A stretch of 64,000 nucleotides of DNA from Thermoproteota archaeon. GTDB lineage: Archaea > Korarchaeota > Korarchaeia > Korarchaeales > JAOZGB01. Position 1 is the first letter of the stretch. Each line of letters opens with the position of its first letter. The notes beneath the pieces were generated by a model. It did not search any database. It saw nothing but the letters and a program-made list of their open reading frames with translations, and was not told the origin of the DNA. Location of the stretch: positions 352,001-416,000 of the forward strand of contig JAVCBU010000012.1 of NCBI GenBank assembly GCA_037917685.1. Direction: 5' to 3'. Shown here in pieces: positions 47,445 through 57,488 of this stretch. The position numbers and the translations under genes were made by a program.

Positions 47445-48567
47445 ATTCAAAAGCTTCAACCATTTCTTCAAACACTGTGAAGGACTGAGTGAAATAATCC
47501 ATTGTGATTTCCTGCTCGCGATTTTTGTACAGCTTTGTCGTTGAAAGGAATAGTAATAAGTTTATGATACGTGAGGCGGTTGTGGAGTGCTCGAATAAAA
47601 GATTCCTGCGATTGAACTTATGCAGCAGATAGCTAATTAATTCTTTTTTAAGCTTGAGAATGAGTTCCATGTATTCCTGGCTAACCTTTACTTTCTGGAT
47701 GTAAAGTTGAAAATCCCTGAGGTTTTTTACATCTAATCTAAGAAGTTTTAACAGCAGGTTCGAATATATCTCGAAATCTAGTACATTGACTATGGGTTTG
47801 TTTAAAACCAGGTAAAGGAGTGTTTCGAAACCATAGTAGATAGAGTATCTACCACCATCTTGCCTGAAACTCTCTCTTATATCACCTGATGGTACGGATA
47901 ACTCCCCACGAATTTCCCTTAGTATCCTTGATAGTTCTGGTTCGCATTTGTAACTCGGTATCTTTGGGATAAGCTCTAATAAAATTCTACGGTAAGCTGT
48001 AAGGGCTTTAAGTATGTTTAAATCTATCGAATACAAACTTTCCAATAGTTGTAAAGCTTTGGTTACGTTTCTTTCCGTAATTAGAATTGATTCGGTTAAA
48101 TAAGAGTGGAGTGTGGCCAAAACAAGTATCGTATCTATTATAAGTCTCTCTTCGGAGATCCTAATGTTTGAAACTAGATTGGATATGGTCTCTTCTGCTT
48201 CCTTGCTGATCCTTACCTTATAGATCCATGATTCAAAATCAGGATTCACTAGAACGGATCTTATGTCTAAAAGCTTAATGCCATCATCAAAAAAGGCGAT
48301 TCCTTGTTTATTCGTGAGGGTAGATAATAGAGCGTCTGCAAAATATATCGCTGAAGGATTTATAGATGCCATTTTTGTCCTGTCAGCATATATGGATGCT
48401 ACTCCCATTAAACACCTGTATAAGGATGACTTCGGCCACACTGGTTTTCTCCTAGCCTGAATGTCGATTTTGGACGATATTTGGGCAAGTTGCAGGATCT
48501 CAGGCTTAACACCCTTATATTTGTTAAATGACGTAAAAATCTTCGACGATACCTCCAGTTGTATCAC
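47428..48567 (-). CDS. Hypothetical alpha-helical protein with apparent internal repeats
   Basis: 379-aa ORF filling the gap; recurring helical units; no P-loop. Confidence 0.6.
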   Translation of the reverse strand: MIQLEVSSKIFTSFNKYKGVKPEILQLAQISSKIDIQARRKPVWPKSSLYRCLMGVASIYADRTKMASINPSAIYFADALLSTLTNKQGIAFFDDGIKLLDIRSVLVNPDFESWIYKVRISKEAEETISNLVSNIRISEERLIIDTILVLATLHSYLTESILITERNVTKALQLLESLYSIDLNILKALTAYRRILLELIPKIPSYKCEPELSRILREIRGELSVPSGDIRESFRQDGGRYSIYYGFETLLYLVLNKPIVNVLDFEIYSNLLLKLLRLDVKNLRDFQLYIQKVKVSQEYMELILKLKKELISYLLHKFNRRNLLFEHSTTASRIINLLLFLSTTKLYKNREQEITMDYFTQSFTVFEEMVEAFESTQTG

Positions 48568-48631
48568 CTTTTCAAGGAAATCTTTTTAGAAAGTTCCTCC
48601 GCCACTATTTTAAAAAACAATGTGAGGTGGC

Positions 48632-49507
48632 TTGACAGACATCGAAGAGCTTATAAAGCAACATGACTATCTGAAGAACGAGCTCTTCAAACATTACAAA
48701 GAGAAAGAAAAAAGGCTTGAGAAGTTCAGAAAACTCGTAGAGGAAAAAAAGGAACTATACAAAGAAAAAAACAGTGTTTATGAAGAGATAGAGAGAATTA
48801 GAGAGGAAAGAGACAAACTTATACAAGAAGCCAAGGAAGAACGGTCTAAAGCCAAAGAATACATCGAAACAAGCCGGAAACTGCTTGAAGAGGCAAGAAA
48901 ACTAATGGATGAGTATCGTAATCTCATGAGTGAAGTAGGCCTAAGCCTTAGGGCATTAAAGAGAATGATAGCTGAAAGGGAGAGGAGAATAGAAACTAAT
49001 CCGATGGATCTAGAGCTTGAGAAAAGAGCTGTTATGGAAGTTTTCATGTTGGAAGAAAAGATGAAAAAGGCAAGAAAAGCTCTAGAGATAAGGAGCAAAG
49101 CATTAGAAGTATACACTGAAGTGGCTAAATATAAGTTGCTAGCTAAGACGCATAGGGAAAATGCTGAAAAGCTTTCGGAAAAGATAGACAAGCTGTCGAA
49201 GGCTATTAAAAATAAACTTACAGAGGTTGGCAAGATAAAAGAAAAGATTAAAGAGAAAAATGAAGAGATAAAGAGCGCTGAAAAGGAGCTTGATGAGATT
49301 TCTGCTAAGATTCAACCGTTAAAAGGGAAGATACAGGAGATAAAGAGAAAGATACATGAACTTTTAAATGAGGAGGAGACTAAAAGAGAAATGATGGTAA
49401 AAGAATTATTGAAAGCAAAAGTAGAAGAAGCGAAGAGGAAAATGATGTCTGGAGGTAAGATTTCCCTCGAAGAATTGAGACTAATTTTAGCGGGTTCGGA
49501 AGGATAG
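48632..49507 (+). CDS. Archaeal coiled-coil protein (COG1340-like)
   Basis: E/K-rich heptads, IETNPMDLELEK, C-terminal GGKISLEEL. Confidence 0.8.
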   Translation: MTDIEELIKQHDYLKNELFKHYKEKEKRLEKFRKLVEEKKELYKEKNSVYEEIERIREERDKLIQEAKEERSKAKEYIETSRKLLEEARKLMDEYRNLMSEVGLSLRALKRMIAERERRIETNPMDLELEKRAVMEVFMLEEKMKKARKALEIRSKALEVYTEVAKYKLLAKTHRENAEKLSEKIDKLSKAIKNKLTEVGKIKEKIKEKNEEIKSAEKELDEISAKIQPLKGKIQEIKRKIHELLNEEETKREMMVKELLKAKVEEAKRKMMSGGKISLEELRLILAGSEG

Positions 49508-49509
49508 AT

Positions 49510-50604
49510 ATGAAAAGAGATAAAATCATAGTTCTTTGTGTAGACAGAGATAATGACCTAGGTGAAAAAACAGGGATAGAAGGGCCTGTAATAGGTAGAG
49601 ACGAGAACCTAAAAGCGGCATATGAGCTTGCCATCGCAGATCCAGAAGAGGCTGATGCAAATGCTATATTTGGAGCTATAAGAGAATATGATCGCTTAAA
49701 AAGAGAAAATCCTGACAAGGAGATAGAAATAGTAACGATTACCGGAGACTCTAAGAGCAATTATCGCGCTGATCAAAAAATTAGAGCACAGATAGAAAGC
49801 GTACTTGAGAGATTTAAGACGAACTATGCGATCCTTGTATCGGATGGTGTAGACGACGAGATTGTAATACCCCTCTTACATGAGTATTTTCCCTCCATAT
49901 CTCCCCGTAGAATAATAGTTCAGCAAAGTAAGGATTTAGAGGAGACGTATTTCTTAATGAAGAGATATCTGAAAAAGCTATACAGCGATCCGACTCTTAG
50001 AACAATTACAATTGGTTTACCAGGCCTAATAATGTTCTCTGCAGCGCTTCTAGCGATCTGGGGCTATCAGGGTTACATATGGAAAAGTGTTGCGGGTGTT
50101 TTAGGGGCTTTTATGATGATAAAGGGTTTTGGGGTAACGCCTACAGTTAACGAACTTAAAGGCTGGATCGGGGGAAAGCTTGGGATGTTTACATTTACAG
50201 TTGGGGCGATACTTATCGTTATAGCGGCCGTTTACGTATATTTTAGAGCAATCGAACTTGCGGTAAGATATCCCTCTATCATTGCACTTACTAAAACCCT
50301 TCAAGAAGGCTTAATTCTTGCGGTTCTTGGAATAGTAATATCAGTGACAGGAGGAGTCTTAGAGAAGTACGCATCTAAGGATGCTGGGTTTATAGATAGA
50401 ATCTTTATGATATCTCTAACTATCATCTTATATTTCATAGTATACCAACTTCTAAGGTTCCTTCAAGGAGAAATCTCTATAATCTACCTCTCGTCTCTAG
50501 TAGTTCTAGGTGTTATGATTGCAGCGGGCAGTTTTGCAGCTGCTATGACAGGGAAAAAGAGGATGCTTGAAGAGATGCGTAAAAAGGTGGAAAGTAAACA
50601 ATAA
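49510..50604 (+). CDS. DUF373 family membrane protein
   Basis: VLCVDRDNDLG, GPVIGR, DPEEADAN, VSDGVDDE, IVQQS, EETY. Confidence 0.9.
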   Translation: MKRDKIIVLCVDRDNDLGEKTGIEGPVIGRDENLKAAYELAIADPEEADANAIFGAIREYDRLKRENPDKEIEIVTITGDSKSNYRADQKIRAQIESVLERFKTNYAILVSDGVDDEIVIPLLHEYFPSISPRRIIVQQSKDLEETYFLMKRYLKKLYSDPTLRTITIGLPGLIMFSAALLAIWGYQGYIWKSVAGVLGAFMMIKGFGVTPTVNELKGWIGGKLGMFTFTVGAILIVIAAVYVYFRAIELAVRYPSIIALTKTLQEGLILAVLGIVISVTGGVLEKYASKDAGFIDRIFMISLTIILYFIVYQLLRFLQGEISIIYLSSLVVLGVMIAAGSFAAAMTGKKRMLEEMRKKVESKQ

Positions 50605-50613
50605 AGGTATATA

Positions 50614-51102
50614 TTACTCCACACCAGAATTACTCTGACTATGCAACATTATAACCTTATCTGCAGCATTTCTTAAGGCTACACTAAAACCCGGCTCAGC
50701 ACCAATAACGTAAACTTCCTTCCCAAAATGTTTGGCCTTATATATTAGGGGGAGAAAACTGGCGCTCCTTGTAACAAGTGACATAATGTCTATCTCGGAG
50801 TCATAAATTATGTCCATAGATTCTATTGTAAATTCGACCTCTACCTTCCCCTGGCTTATAATAGCCTCAAAACCAGCGTTGTTTACAGCTTCGACAAGCT
50901 TGGATGGAGCATGCTTGTCAAGAATGACTTTTGCATATCTTATTCTTCCGTAAGCGGATAGTTTCTGTTTAATCTCTAATAGGTCGACGGAGATTTCCTT
51001 TCTCAGGATATTTGGCCCATCAACAATGACTCCTATATGTTTCTGTTTTCTTTTCCTCAAGGATCCTATAACCCTTACCAAATCTCTCATAGTACTTGCC
51101 AT
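50614..51102 (-). CDS. NYN-domain protein (TIGR00288-like), catalytic Asp residues partly lost
   Basis: VDGPNILRKE, IGAEPGFSVALRNAAD; TRSASF in place of TRDADF. Confidence 0.85.
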   Translation of the reverse strand: MASTMRDLVRVIGSLRKRKQKHIGVIVDGPNILRKEISVDLLEIKQKLSAYGRIRYAKVILDKHAPSKLVEAVNNAGFEAIISQGKVEVEFTIESMDIIYDSEIDIMSLVTRSASFLPLIYKAKHFGKEVYVIGAEPGFSVALRNAADKVIMLHSQSNSGVE

Positions 51103-51106
51103 ATAA

Positions 51107-52450
51107 TCACCTGCCAGGTGACGTAAACCTTACGTTTCTAACCAGAATTGGGGGTGTAATGACAGGTATCCCTTGTTCGAGCCACCAGTGATATACCTGT
51201 CTCTTTTCCCTTCCAATCTCAGCCATGTTTCCAAGAATATTAAGGAAGTTATCGCTTAGCCTCAGATTCCTTACGGAAAACTTTATGTTTCCATTTTCTA
51301 CGTAGAAAACACCATCTCTAATTATGGATGAGAACTCTCCTGTCTGATAATTTTGAAACCTTGTATAAGTAGCATTCATAACAACAAGGCCTTTGTTTAC
51401 TAGCGACAGCAGCTCTTCTAAAGAGCTGTCTCCAGCTTTCATTTCTATCTGCCATGCAGAAGGCGATATCCAGCCAGCATTCGCTGTAGTCTCTGTGTTA
51501 AATTCTCTTGCGGTCAACCTGTTATGCAGGAATGTTTTTAGACATCCTTCCTGGACTATGAAAGTCATCCTAGTAGGTACGCCTTCATCGTCAAATTCTC
51601 TCGAACCGAAACCTCCCGGATACAGAGGGTTGTCTATTATCGTCACCTTCTCTGAAGCTATTCTCTGCCCAAGTTTATTTTTAAAGAATGAGAATCCTGC
51701 GGAAACATTGAATGCTGATGCTGCCATTGCCACGTTATTAAGAATGTTAGCGATAGCTGCATGGCAAAATATAGCGTCGTACACGCCAGGTTCTATTTTA
51801 CCCTTTTTTAATGACATCTTCGCTGTTTCACCTGATTCTCTTCCAGCTTCTTCTGGTTTAAAATTGCTAAGTACCCTTGAACATCTATCTCCATGTCCGG
51901 TGGCTTCACCGTTTGCAAACGCTCTAACGTCCACATAGATAAAAGTTTCTTTGGTGTTGGCCTGTACGTTCTTGGAAGTTGATAGGCAAATCTCGTTTAA
52001 CCCCCATCTGAGACTCCCGGCCACCCTTTTAGCACCGGAATCTAAGGCAGAAGAGACAGTAGAGTATACCATATCCACGGCCTTATCGCCGAGTTCAGTT
52101 AGGTTAGGGTCGTATAAACCTTCGATCTTCCTGTAGTTAAACGGTCCTTCCGGAAGTTGTACATAGTTTTTATGAATAGGCAGAAGTTTTATGTAGGAAT
52201 GAAGTTTTTCGAGAGAACGCTTTGCAACCTTCACATCTTCAAATGTGGAAACTGCCATCCTGCCATCTTCAGCAACGAAAATATTAATTCTATGGGATAT
52301 CCATTTCTTAGCTATATCAATGGAGTTATTAGAAAATCTAATCTGTGATTCCGTGGTCTTAATTATTTCTACAGCTGCTTCGTCGAACCCTATCTTTAAC
52401 GCGTCTACAACTAGATCATTAGCCTGGCTAACTATGTCTTCTTCACCCAT
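51107..52450 (-). CDS. pmbA: PmbA/TldE family protein
   Basis: QIRFSNNSI, FDDEGVPT, TTANAG, YTRF, NLRLSDN; no HExxxH. Confidence 0.85.
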   Translation of the reverse strand: MGEEDIVSQANDLVVDALKIGFDEAAVEIIKTTESQIRFSNNSIDIAKKWISHRINIFVAEDGRMAVSTFEDVKVAKRSLEKLHSYIKLLPIHKNYVQLPEGPFNYRKIEGLYDPNLTELGDKAVDMVYSTVSSALDSGAKRVAGSLRWGLNEICLSTSKNVQANTKETFIYVDVRAFANGEATGHGDRCSRVLSNFKPEEAGRESGETAKMSLKKGKIEPGVYDAIFCHAAIANILNNVAMAASAFNVSAGFSFFKNKLGQRIASEKVTIIDNPLYPGGFGSREFDDEGVPTRMTFIVQEGCLKTFLHNRLTAREFNTETTANAGWISPSAWQIEMKAGDSSLEELLSLVNKGLVVMNATYTRFQNYQTGEFSSIIRDGVFYVENGNIKFSVRNLRLSDNFLNILGNMAEIGREKRQVYHWWLEQGIPVITPPILVRNVRFTSPGR

Positions 52451-53867
52451 TTATATACACCCCTTTGAGAAGGATGTCAGGTCCCCCGGTCCATACGGGC
52501 ACCCCTTGGGCAGGATCGCTTTTGCCACATGTAGCTGCTTTAAAGATAAGGTTTTTCCCAACTCCAGCTATGCACTTATGGAATGATGGAGTGGTTATTT
52601 CCAGTATAGGTTTCAATACCGGTTTCTCTAGCCGTCCGGATTTTATCAAATAAGCCTCAGAACCTACAAATCTCATGTTGTATCTCCTATCATCTATGTT
52701 CCACTCCATAAATTTCTTCATGTAGATTCCATGGGAAACCTGTTCGATCAGTTCCTCAAGGCTCATGTCGCCAGGTGCCATGTACGTATTTGCCATTCTT
52801 ATTATGGGTTCTCTATTATAGTTTGATGCTCTAGCAGATGCGTTGCTTTTAATACCGAAGGTTGCAGCCGTTTCCCTATTATGAAGGAATTCATTTATCA
52901 CCCCATTCTTTATAAGATACCTTGGCCTAGCCTTTACCCCTTCGTCATCATATAGGTAGTAGCCGTATGAACCATTTATAGTAGGATCATCAATTACTGT
53001 ATCCATTTCAGATCCTATTCTAGAGCCTAGCATTTCTCTAGATATGAAGGATTCTCCTGCCTGAGCAGCCTCTCTGCCGAGTATCCTGTCCGCCTCATAC
53101 GGGTGACCTACAGACTCATGAACAGCGAGACCTACGACGTCCCCCCCGAGAACTACATCCATTACACCAGTCGGTGATTTTTCGCCTTCGAGAAGACTTC
53201 TAGATAGAGAGGCTACCATGTTATTTGCCAATGCTAGGGGGTCCTCCTTTTCGATAAGCTCCCACCCACCTGACCCCCCTATCTGCTCCATGTCTTGGAG
53301 TATTTTTCCGTTATGGAGGGCGGTGAATGCCATGAAGATTAGGATTCTAGGTATTTGCGAAGATACTTTGCTTCCTTCACTGGTTAAAATATGTTTACTC
53401 TGCATATCAGTATTTAAGAATATATATCTACTTGATATCTTCACTTTAGAGTTGCTTGCTATTTTATCGATGTCCAATAGTAACGATAACATGTCAGAAA
53501 TATCAATATTTACGAGCGGCTTAGCCTCGTTCACGGCATATTTAGCTTCGTGGATATCTTCTTCGCTAAGTTTAACATGGCTACCTGTTTTAAAACTTAT
53601 ATTTTTAGCCATTGAAATGGCTTTTCCCATCTCGCTTCTGAGCGTGTTTTTATCGTAGCGATTTAGCGAGAAAAAAGACATACCACCTGAAGCAAGCACC
53701 CTAACTCCTACGCCCTCTGTCTCTGTAGTAAGCAAGCTCTCAACATTACCATTTTTTATGACTAGACTTCGGCTTATATGGTGTTCTAATCGGACCTCAA
53801 CATAGTCGGCACCCGAATTAACGCCTTCCTCAACGATGTACTCAGCAATGTCTATGTCAAATTCCAT
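52443..53867 (-). CDS. tldD: TldD family metalloprotease
   Basis: HESVGHPYEADR, YDDEGV, PIIRMANT, CGKSDP. Confidence 0.92.
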   Translation of the reverse strand: MEFDIDIAEYIVEEGVNSGADYVEVRLEHHISRSLVIKNGNVESLLTTETEGVGVRVLASGGMSFFSLNRYDKNTLRSEMGKAISMAKNISFKTGSHVKLSEEDIHEAKYAVNEAKPLVNIDISDMLSLLLDIDKIASNSKVKISSRYIFLNTDMQSKHILTSEGSKVSSQIPRILIFMAFTALHNGKILQDMEQIGGSGGWELIEKEDPLALANNMVASLSRSLLEGEKSPTGVMDVVLGGDVVGLAVHESVGHPYEADRILGREAAQAGESFISREMLGSRIGSEMDTVIDDPTINGSYGYYLYDDEGVKARPRYLIKNGVINEFLHNRETAATFGIKSNASARASNYNREPIIRMANTYMAPGDMSLEELIEQVSHGIYMKKFMEWNIDDRRYNMRFVGSEAYLIKSGRLEKPVLKPILEITTPSFHKCIAGVGKNLIFKAATCGKSDPAQGVPVWTGGPDILLKGVYING

Positions 53868-53942
53868 CAGGCTGAAATAGTATAGCAGAATTTAAAACTA
53901 TATGCTATAACGCCTTCGACAAAAAGTTAAAAGTTTACGGTT

Positions 53943-54413
53943 GTGTCTACCCATGTGAAGTTTCTATTCGACTCAATGCTATCCAAGGCAGGAAGAATGT
54001 TTAGAATCATGGGCTATAACGTAAAGATTGCCAAAAGTAGCTCTAAAGATGAAGAAATATTACAAGATGCTAAAATGGAAAATAGGATTCTAGTTACAAG
54101 GGATAAATCGCTCTATAGAAAAGCTGTACTGCAGGGCTTAAACGCTATATTTACCCCACATTCTGATCAGCATTCTATACTGCAAGATATAGCTCGCATG
54201 TCAGGAGTTAAATTAAGAATTGACTTAACAAAAACGAGGTGCGCAAGGTGTAACCAGCGTTTAAAGGTGAAACTTGTAGAGGAAATACCAGCAGATGCCA
54301 GGATGCTAGTCCCTGAAAACTATTGGACTGTCTTTTACTGTTGTAGATGCAAGCGCCCCTACTGGCTTGGAAGCCACTATTCAACATTAATTAAGATACT
54401 TGAAGTAACCTAA
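53943..54413 (+). CDS. Mut7-C (PIN-like) RNase domain protein
   Basis: FLFDSML, RILVTRD, RCARCN, CCRCKRPYWLGSH. Confidence 0.85.
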   Translation: MSTHVKFLFDSMLSKAGRMFRIMGYNVKIAKSSSKDEEILQDAKMENRILVTRDKSLYRKAVLQGLNAIFTPHSDQHSILQDIARMSGVKLRIDLTKTRCARCNQRLKVKLVEEIPADARMLVPENYWTVFYCCRCKRPYWLGSHYSTLIKILEVT

Positions 54414-55204
54414 AGAAATGTTAACAAGTGACCTTTCTGGATTACACCTATAGGCTTAACATCTGAAACAACTGGGAGGCCTGGAAGTTTGTTTTGCAAC
54501 ATTATATTAACGGCCTCCCCAACGCTTGTTGTTTGCTCAACAAAAGGCGGATTCTGAATCATTATATCCTCCGCTATTAAAGACCGCACTCTTACATCCA
54601 TTTTGTAAGGATCTTCAATGGTACTCCTTATACCATAAAAAGCCTTAGCGAGATCCCTTTCAGTAACCAAGCCAACAAGCCTGTCTTCCTCACTAACAGG
54701 TACAAGTTTAAGATTATAATTGTGAAGAAGTCTCTTTATATGGACTATCCTGGTAAAAGGTGTAATTGTGAAATCTATCTTCTGGAAAACAGTTGAGATC
54801 GACACTCTTTCTTCGTTTTTAAGCAGCTTAATAAGATCTGTCTTTGTAATTATCCCTACAAGCCTTTTTTGACCGACTACTGGAATGCCTGAGATATTCT
54901 TCTCTAGCATTATGGTAACTGCCTCTTTGATATCCGTGTCGGGGCTCATCGTGATTAAATTTTCACTCATAACTGTTGAGATTCTAATCTTCGATGGTGG
55001 GAGATTCTTAAGCCTTGAAGAACCGAGCCTGTCCATTATGTCTCGAATAGTTACTATACCCACGGGAATGTTATCTTCTACAATTATAAGCCTCGAGATA
55101 CCCTTTTTAAACATGATTCTAAGAGCTTCGTCGACATTTGATTTTTTCTGGATTGTGTACACTTTTCTAGACATAACCTCTGAAACATTCATTTCAGAAT
55201 ACAC
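54410..55204 (-). CDS. CBS domain protein (4 CBS)
   Basis: Repeated GIVT/GIIT/GLVT..D CBS motifs. Confidence 0.88.
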   Translation of the reverse strand: MYSEMNVSEVMSRKVYTIQKKSNVDEALRIMFKKGISRLIIVEDNIPVGIVTIRDIMDRLGSSRLKNLPPSKIRISTVMSENLITMSPDTDIKEAVTIMLEKNISGIPVVGQKRLVGIITKTDLIKLLKNEERVSISTVFQKIDFTITPFTRIVHIKRLLHNYNLKLVPVSEEDRLVGLVTERDLAKAFYGIRSTIEDPYKMDVRVRSLIAEDIMIQNPPFVEQTTSVGEAVNIMLQNKLPGLPVVSDVKPIGVIQKGHLLTFL

Positions 55205-56010
55205 CTAACAATATCTTTTCGAGACACTCCCCCCTCGAGAACATCATGACTTACAACAGGGACGACAACTTTTCCGGGTTGAATAAGTATCTCAGCGGCT
55301 TTTACAGCGTCGCTATCAGGCGATACTCTAGGGTAATCTTTATCCATAATATCTTCTGCTGTTAGTATAGGTAGATATCTATATTCTCTCCCCTCTCTAG
55401 CATAAATACTAATTATCTGCTCTGTTTTTTCAGGATTTATAGAAACGTAGGTTAACGTCTCAGTTGATATAATACCAATGAGTTTTTCAGATGGGTCGAT
55501 GACAGCCACCCAATCAGATCTCTTTTTATTCATCAGTTTTACCACGTGTGCTACTGTGTGGGCAGGTTTAACGCATATGAACTCTTTATTCATTATGTCT
55601 TTAGCCTTATACACGCCTTTATACTGCTCTTGGAAGTATGTACATATCCCAACACGGGTAACAAGCCCGATAACCTTATCACCCTCCAAGAGTGGGATGG
55701 AACCTATGTCTTCTGCGGCCATCAACCGTGCTGCCTCTGTTATTTGGGCGTCTGAAGATAGGGTTTTAAGGTTTCGGGACATTATTCTACCTACAAGTAT
55801 TTCGTCTATGGGACGCCGTCTCCAAGTCGGAGAAGAGGAAAATAGCCTCCTTGATACGTCTTTCAGGGTAAGAATTCCTACAAGTTTACCTTTATCCTCC
55901 ACTAAGAGACTATCCACCTTTCTCTCAATCATGATATTCCTAGCTCGTGCCAGAGTATCGTTAACATTTATAAACAGAGGTTCCTCCATATAATCTTTGC
56001 AGATAACCAT
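55189..56010 (-). CDS. CBS domain protein (4 CBS)
   Basis: LVGILTLKD, IGSIP, IGIIS, PVV CBS motifs; WRRRPID insert. Confidence 0.88.
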   Translation of the reverse strand: MVICKDYMEEPLFINVNDTLARARNIMIERKVDSLLVEDKGKLVGILTLKDVSRRLFSSSPTWRRRPIDEILVGRIMSRNLKTLSSDAQITEAARLMAAEDIGSIPLLEGDKVIGLVTRVGICTYFQEQYKGVYKAKDIMNKEFICVKPAHTVAHVVKLMNKKRSDWVAVIDPSEKLIGIISTETLTYVSINPEKTEQIISIYAREGREYRYLPILTAEDIMDKDYPRVSPDSDAVKAAEILIQPGKVVVPVVSHDVLEGGVSRKDIVRCILK

Positions 56011-56942
56011 TATAGTACACCTACAATAGCTTTAAGTATATCCTTCTCCGTTAGAATTCCGATAAGAGTCTCTCCTTTAACAACAGGCAAGCCCCCAATT
56101 CCATGGTCAACCATTAAATCCACGGCATGCTCCACAGTATCTTCGGGTAGTACTGAAATTACATTTTTAGCCATTATGGTTGCAACAGGTAAAGTTAGAA
56201 ATTCTTCTAACTTTCCCATTTGTAGAGCATTAAAAATCTTACCTGTCGAGATGAACGATATAACATCCCCAGCAGTAGCCATCCCTATAATTTTACCTTG
56301 AGACAGTACTGGCAATCTTCTATATCCTGTAGTGATCATCATTTTACATGCTTCAGCTACGGAGTCGTCAATATTGCAAGTTACTGGGTCAGCAGACATG
56401 TAATCTTTCACTTTTAATCTAAGGTGTTCGCCGTGTAGTTTAACTACGAAGTCTCTCTCAGAGACTATTCCTTTAAGAACGCCTTCCTCATCCACAATTA
56501 GCAATGAGCCCACATTTTTGGAGATCATTTCATAGGCGGCATCTCTAATGCTTGTATTAGGCGGGATCGTTTTCAATCTTTCCAGGGGGGTCATTATATT
56601 TTCTACTGGTGCATTTAACGCCTTTATAATGTCTCCCCGATATCTTTCTGTGATTAATGATGATTTATAACCGCCTATTAGGCTCACTATATCGGTTGCG
56701 GATACTATTCCCTTCAGAAACATTCTTGATGGAACAACAACTGGAAGTCTTCGAAGACCAGTAGAAGCCATCTTCTTAATAACAGTGATAATTGGACAAG
56801 TTGAAGATACTGTTTCAACCTCTAAAGTTGCTATTGAAAATATGTTGCCCTCTTTACCCTTGGATCTACGTTTTGCTTCTCCCCGATAGTAGTTCCAGGA
56901 TCTTGAATCTCTAATAACATGGGACATAGTATTACACACCAA
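56010..56942 (-). CDS. CBS domain protein (4 CBS)
   Basis: RRLPVV, GIVSATD, GIVSERD, RRLPVL, GILTEKD. Confidence 0.88.
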   Translation of the reverse strand: MVCNTMSHVIRDSRSWNYYRGEAKRRSKGKEGNIFSIATLEVETVSSTCPIITVIKKMASTGLRRLPVVVPSRMFLKGIVSATDIVSLIGGYKSSLITERYRGDIIKALNAPVENIMTPLERLKTIPPNTSIRDAAYEMISKNVGSLLIVDEEGVLKGIVSERDFVVKLHGEHLRLKVKDYMSADPVTCNIDDSVAEACKMMITTGYRRLPVLSQGKIIGMATAGDVISFISTGKIFNALQMGKLEEFLTLPVATIMAKNVISVLPEDTVEHAVDLMVDHGIGGLPVVKGETLIGILTEKDILKAIVGVL

Positions 56943-56945
56943 ACG

Positions 56946-57488
56946 CTATGTTTCCCGACAGCTGGGACAAACTAGAAGCCCTCCGGCTTCTATGAGATTG
57001 TCTGAGTACTCCCCACAAACTTCACATATTCCACTGTATCTTCTTCGTCTAAGCCTCTCCCTCCCACGCATTATGTTAAGTTCTTCGTAGAGGATACCTA
57101 TAATATCAGGATATACCTGCAACAAGTCTTTAGATGTGATTATACCAACAATCTTTTCACCTGAAACAACAATGAGCCTTCTGATTCCGTATTGCCTCAT
57201 TTTTTCAGCTGCGTCAGTGAGGCTGTCATTAGGCGATATAGTAACAAGATCCCTCGTCATTATTTTACTGATCGGCATTATTCTGGGATCACTAGACTCG
57301 GATGCAAGAGCACGACAAACAAGATCTCTCTCCGTAACTATCCCCACAGGCTTACTACCAGACACTATCACTATCGAACCAATGTTATTCTCCTTCATAA
57401 GCCTAGCAACTTTTTCAACACTGTCATTTGGTGATGCCGAGACTACCTCTGTCCGCATTACATCCCTTACCCTTAGTTCCTCCCCCAT
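56946..57488 (-). CDS. CBS pair protein with a C-terminal Zn ribbon
   Basis: GIVTERD, GIITSKD, C-terminal CEVCG...CPSC. Confidence 0.88.
   Translation of the reverse strand: MGEELRVRDVMRTEVVSASPNDSVEKVARLMKENNIGSIVIVSGSKPVGIVTERDLVCRALASESSDPRIMPISKIMTRDLVTISPNDSLTDAAEKMRQYGIRRLIVVSGEKIVGIITSKDLLQVYPDIIGILYEELNIMRGRERLRRRRYSGICEVCGEYSDNLIEAGGLLVCPSCRET

Noticed and set aside
48632-49507. A/G-rich low-complexity tract resembling a repeat array or SMC-like gene
   Set aside because: Just the E/K-rich coiled-coil coding sequence; no ATPase head or fixed-period DNA repeat
51107-53867. TldD/PmbA as the leader peptidase of a RiPP pathway with the PqqD gene
   Set aside because: TldDE is widespread in archaea, lies 7 kb away with unrelated genes between, and no precursor or modifying enzyme was found
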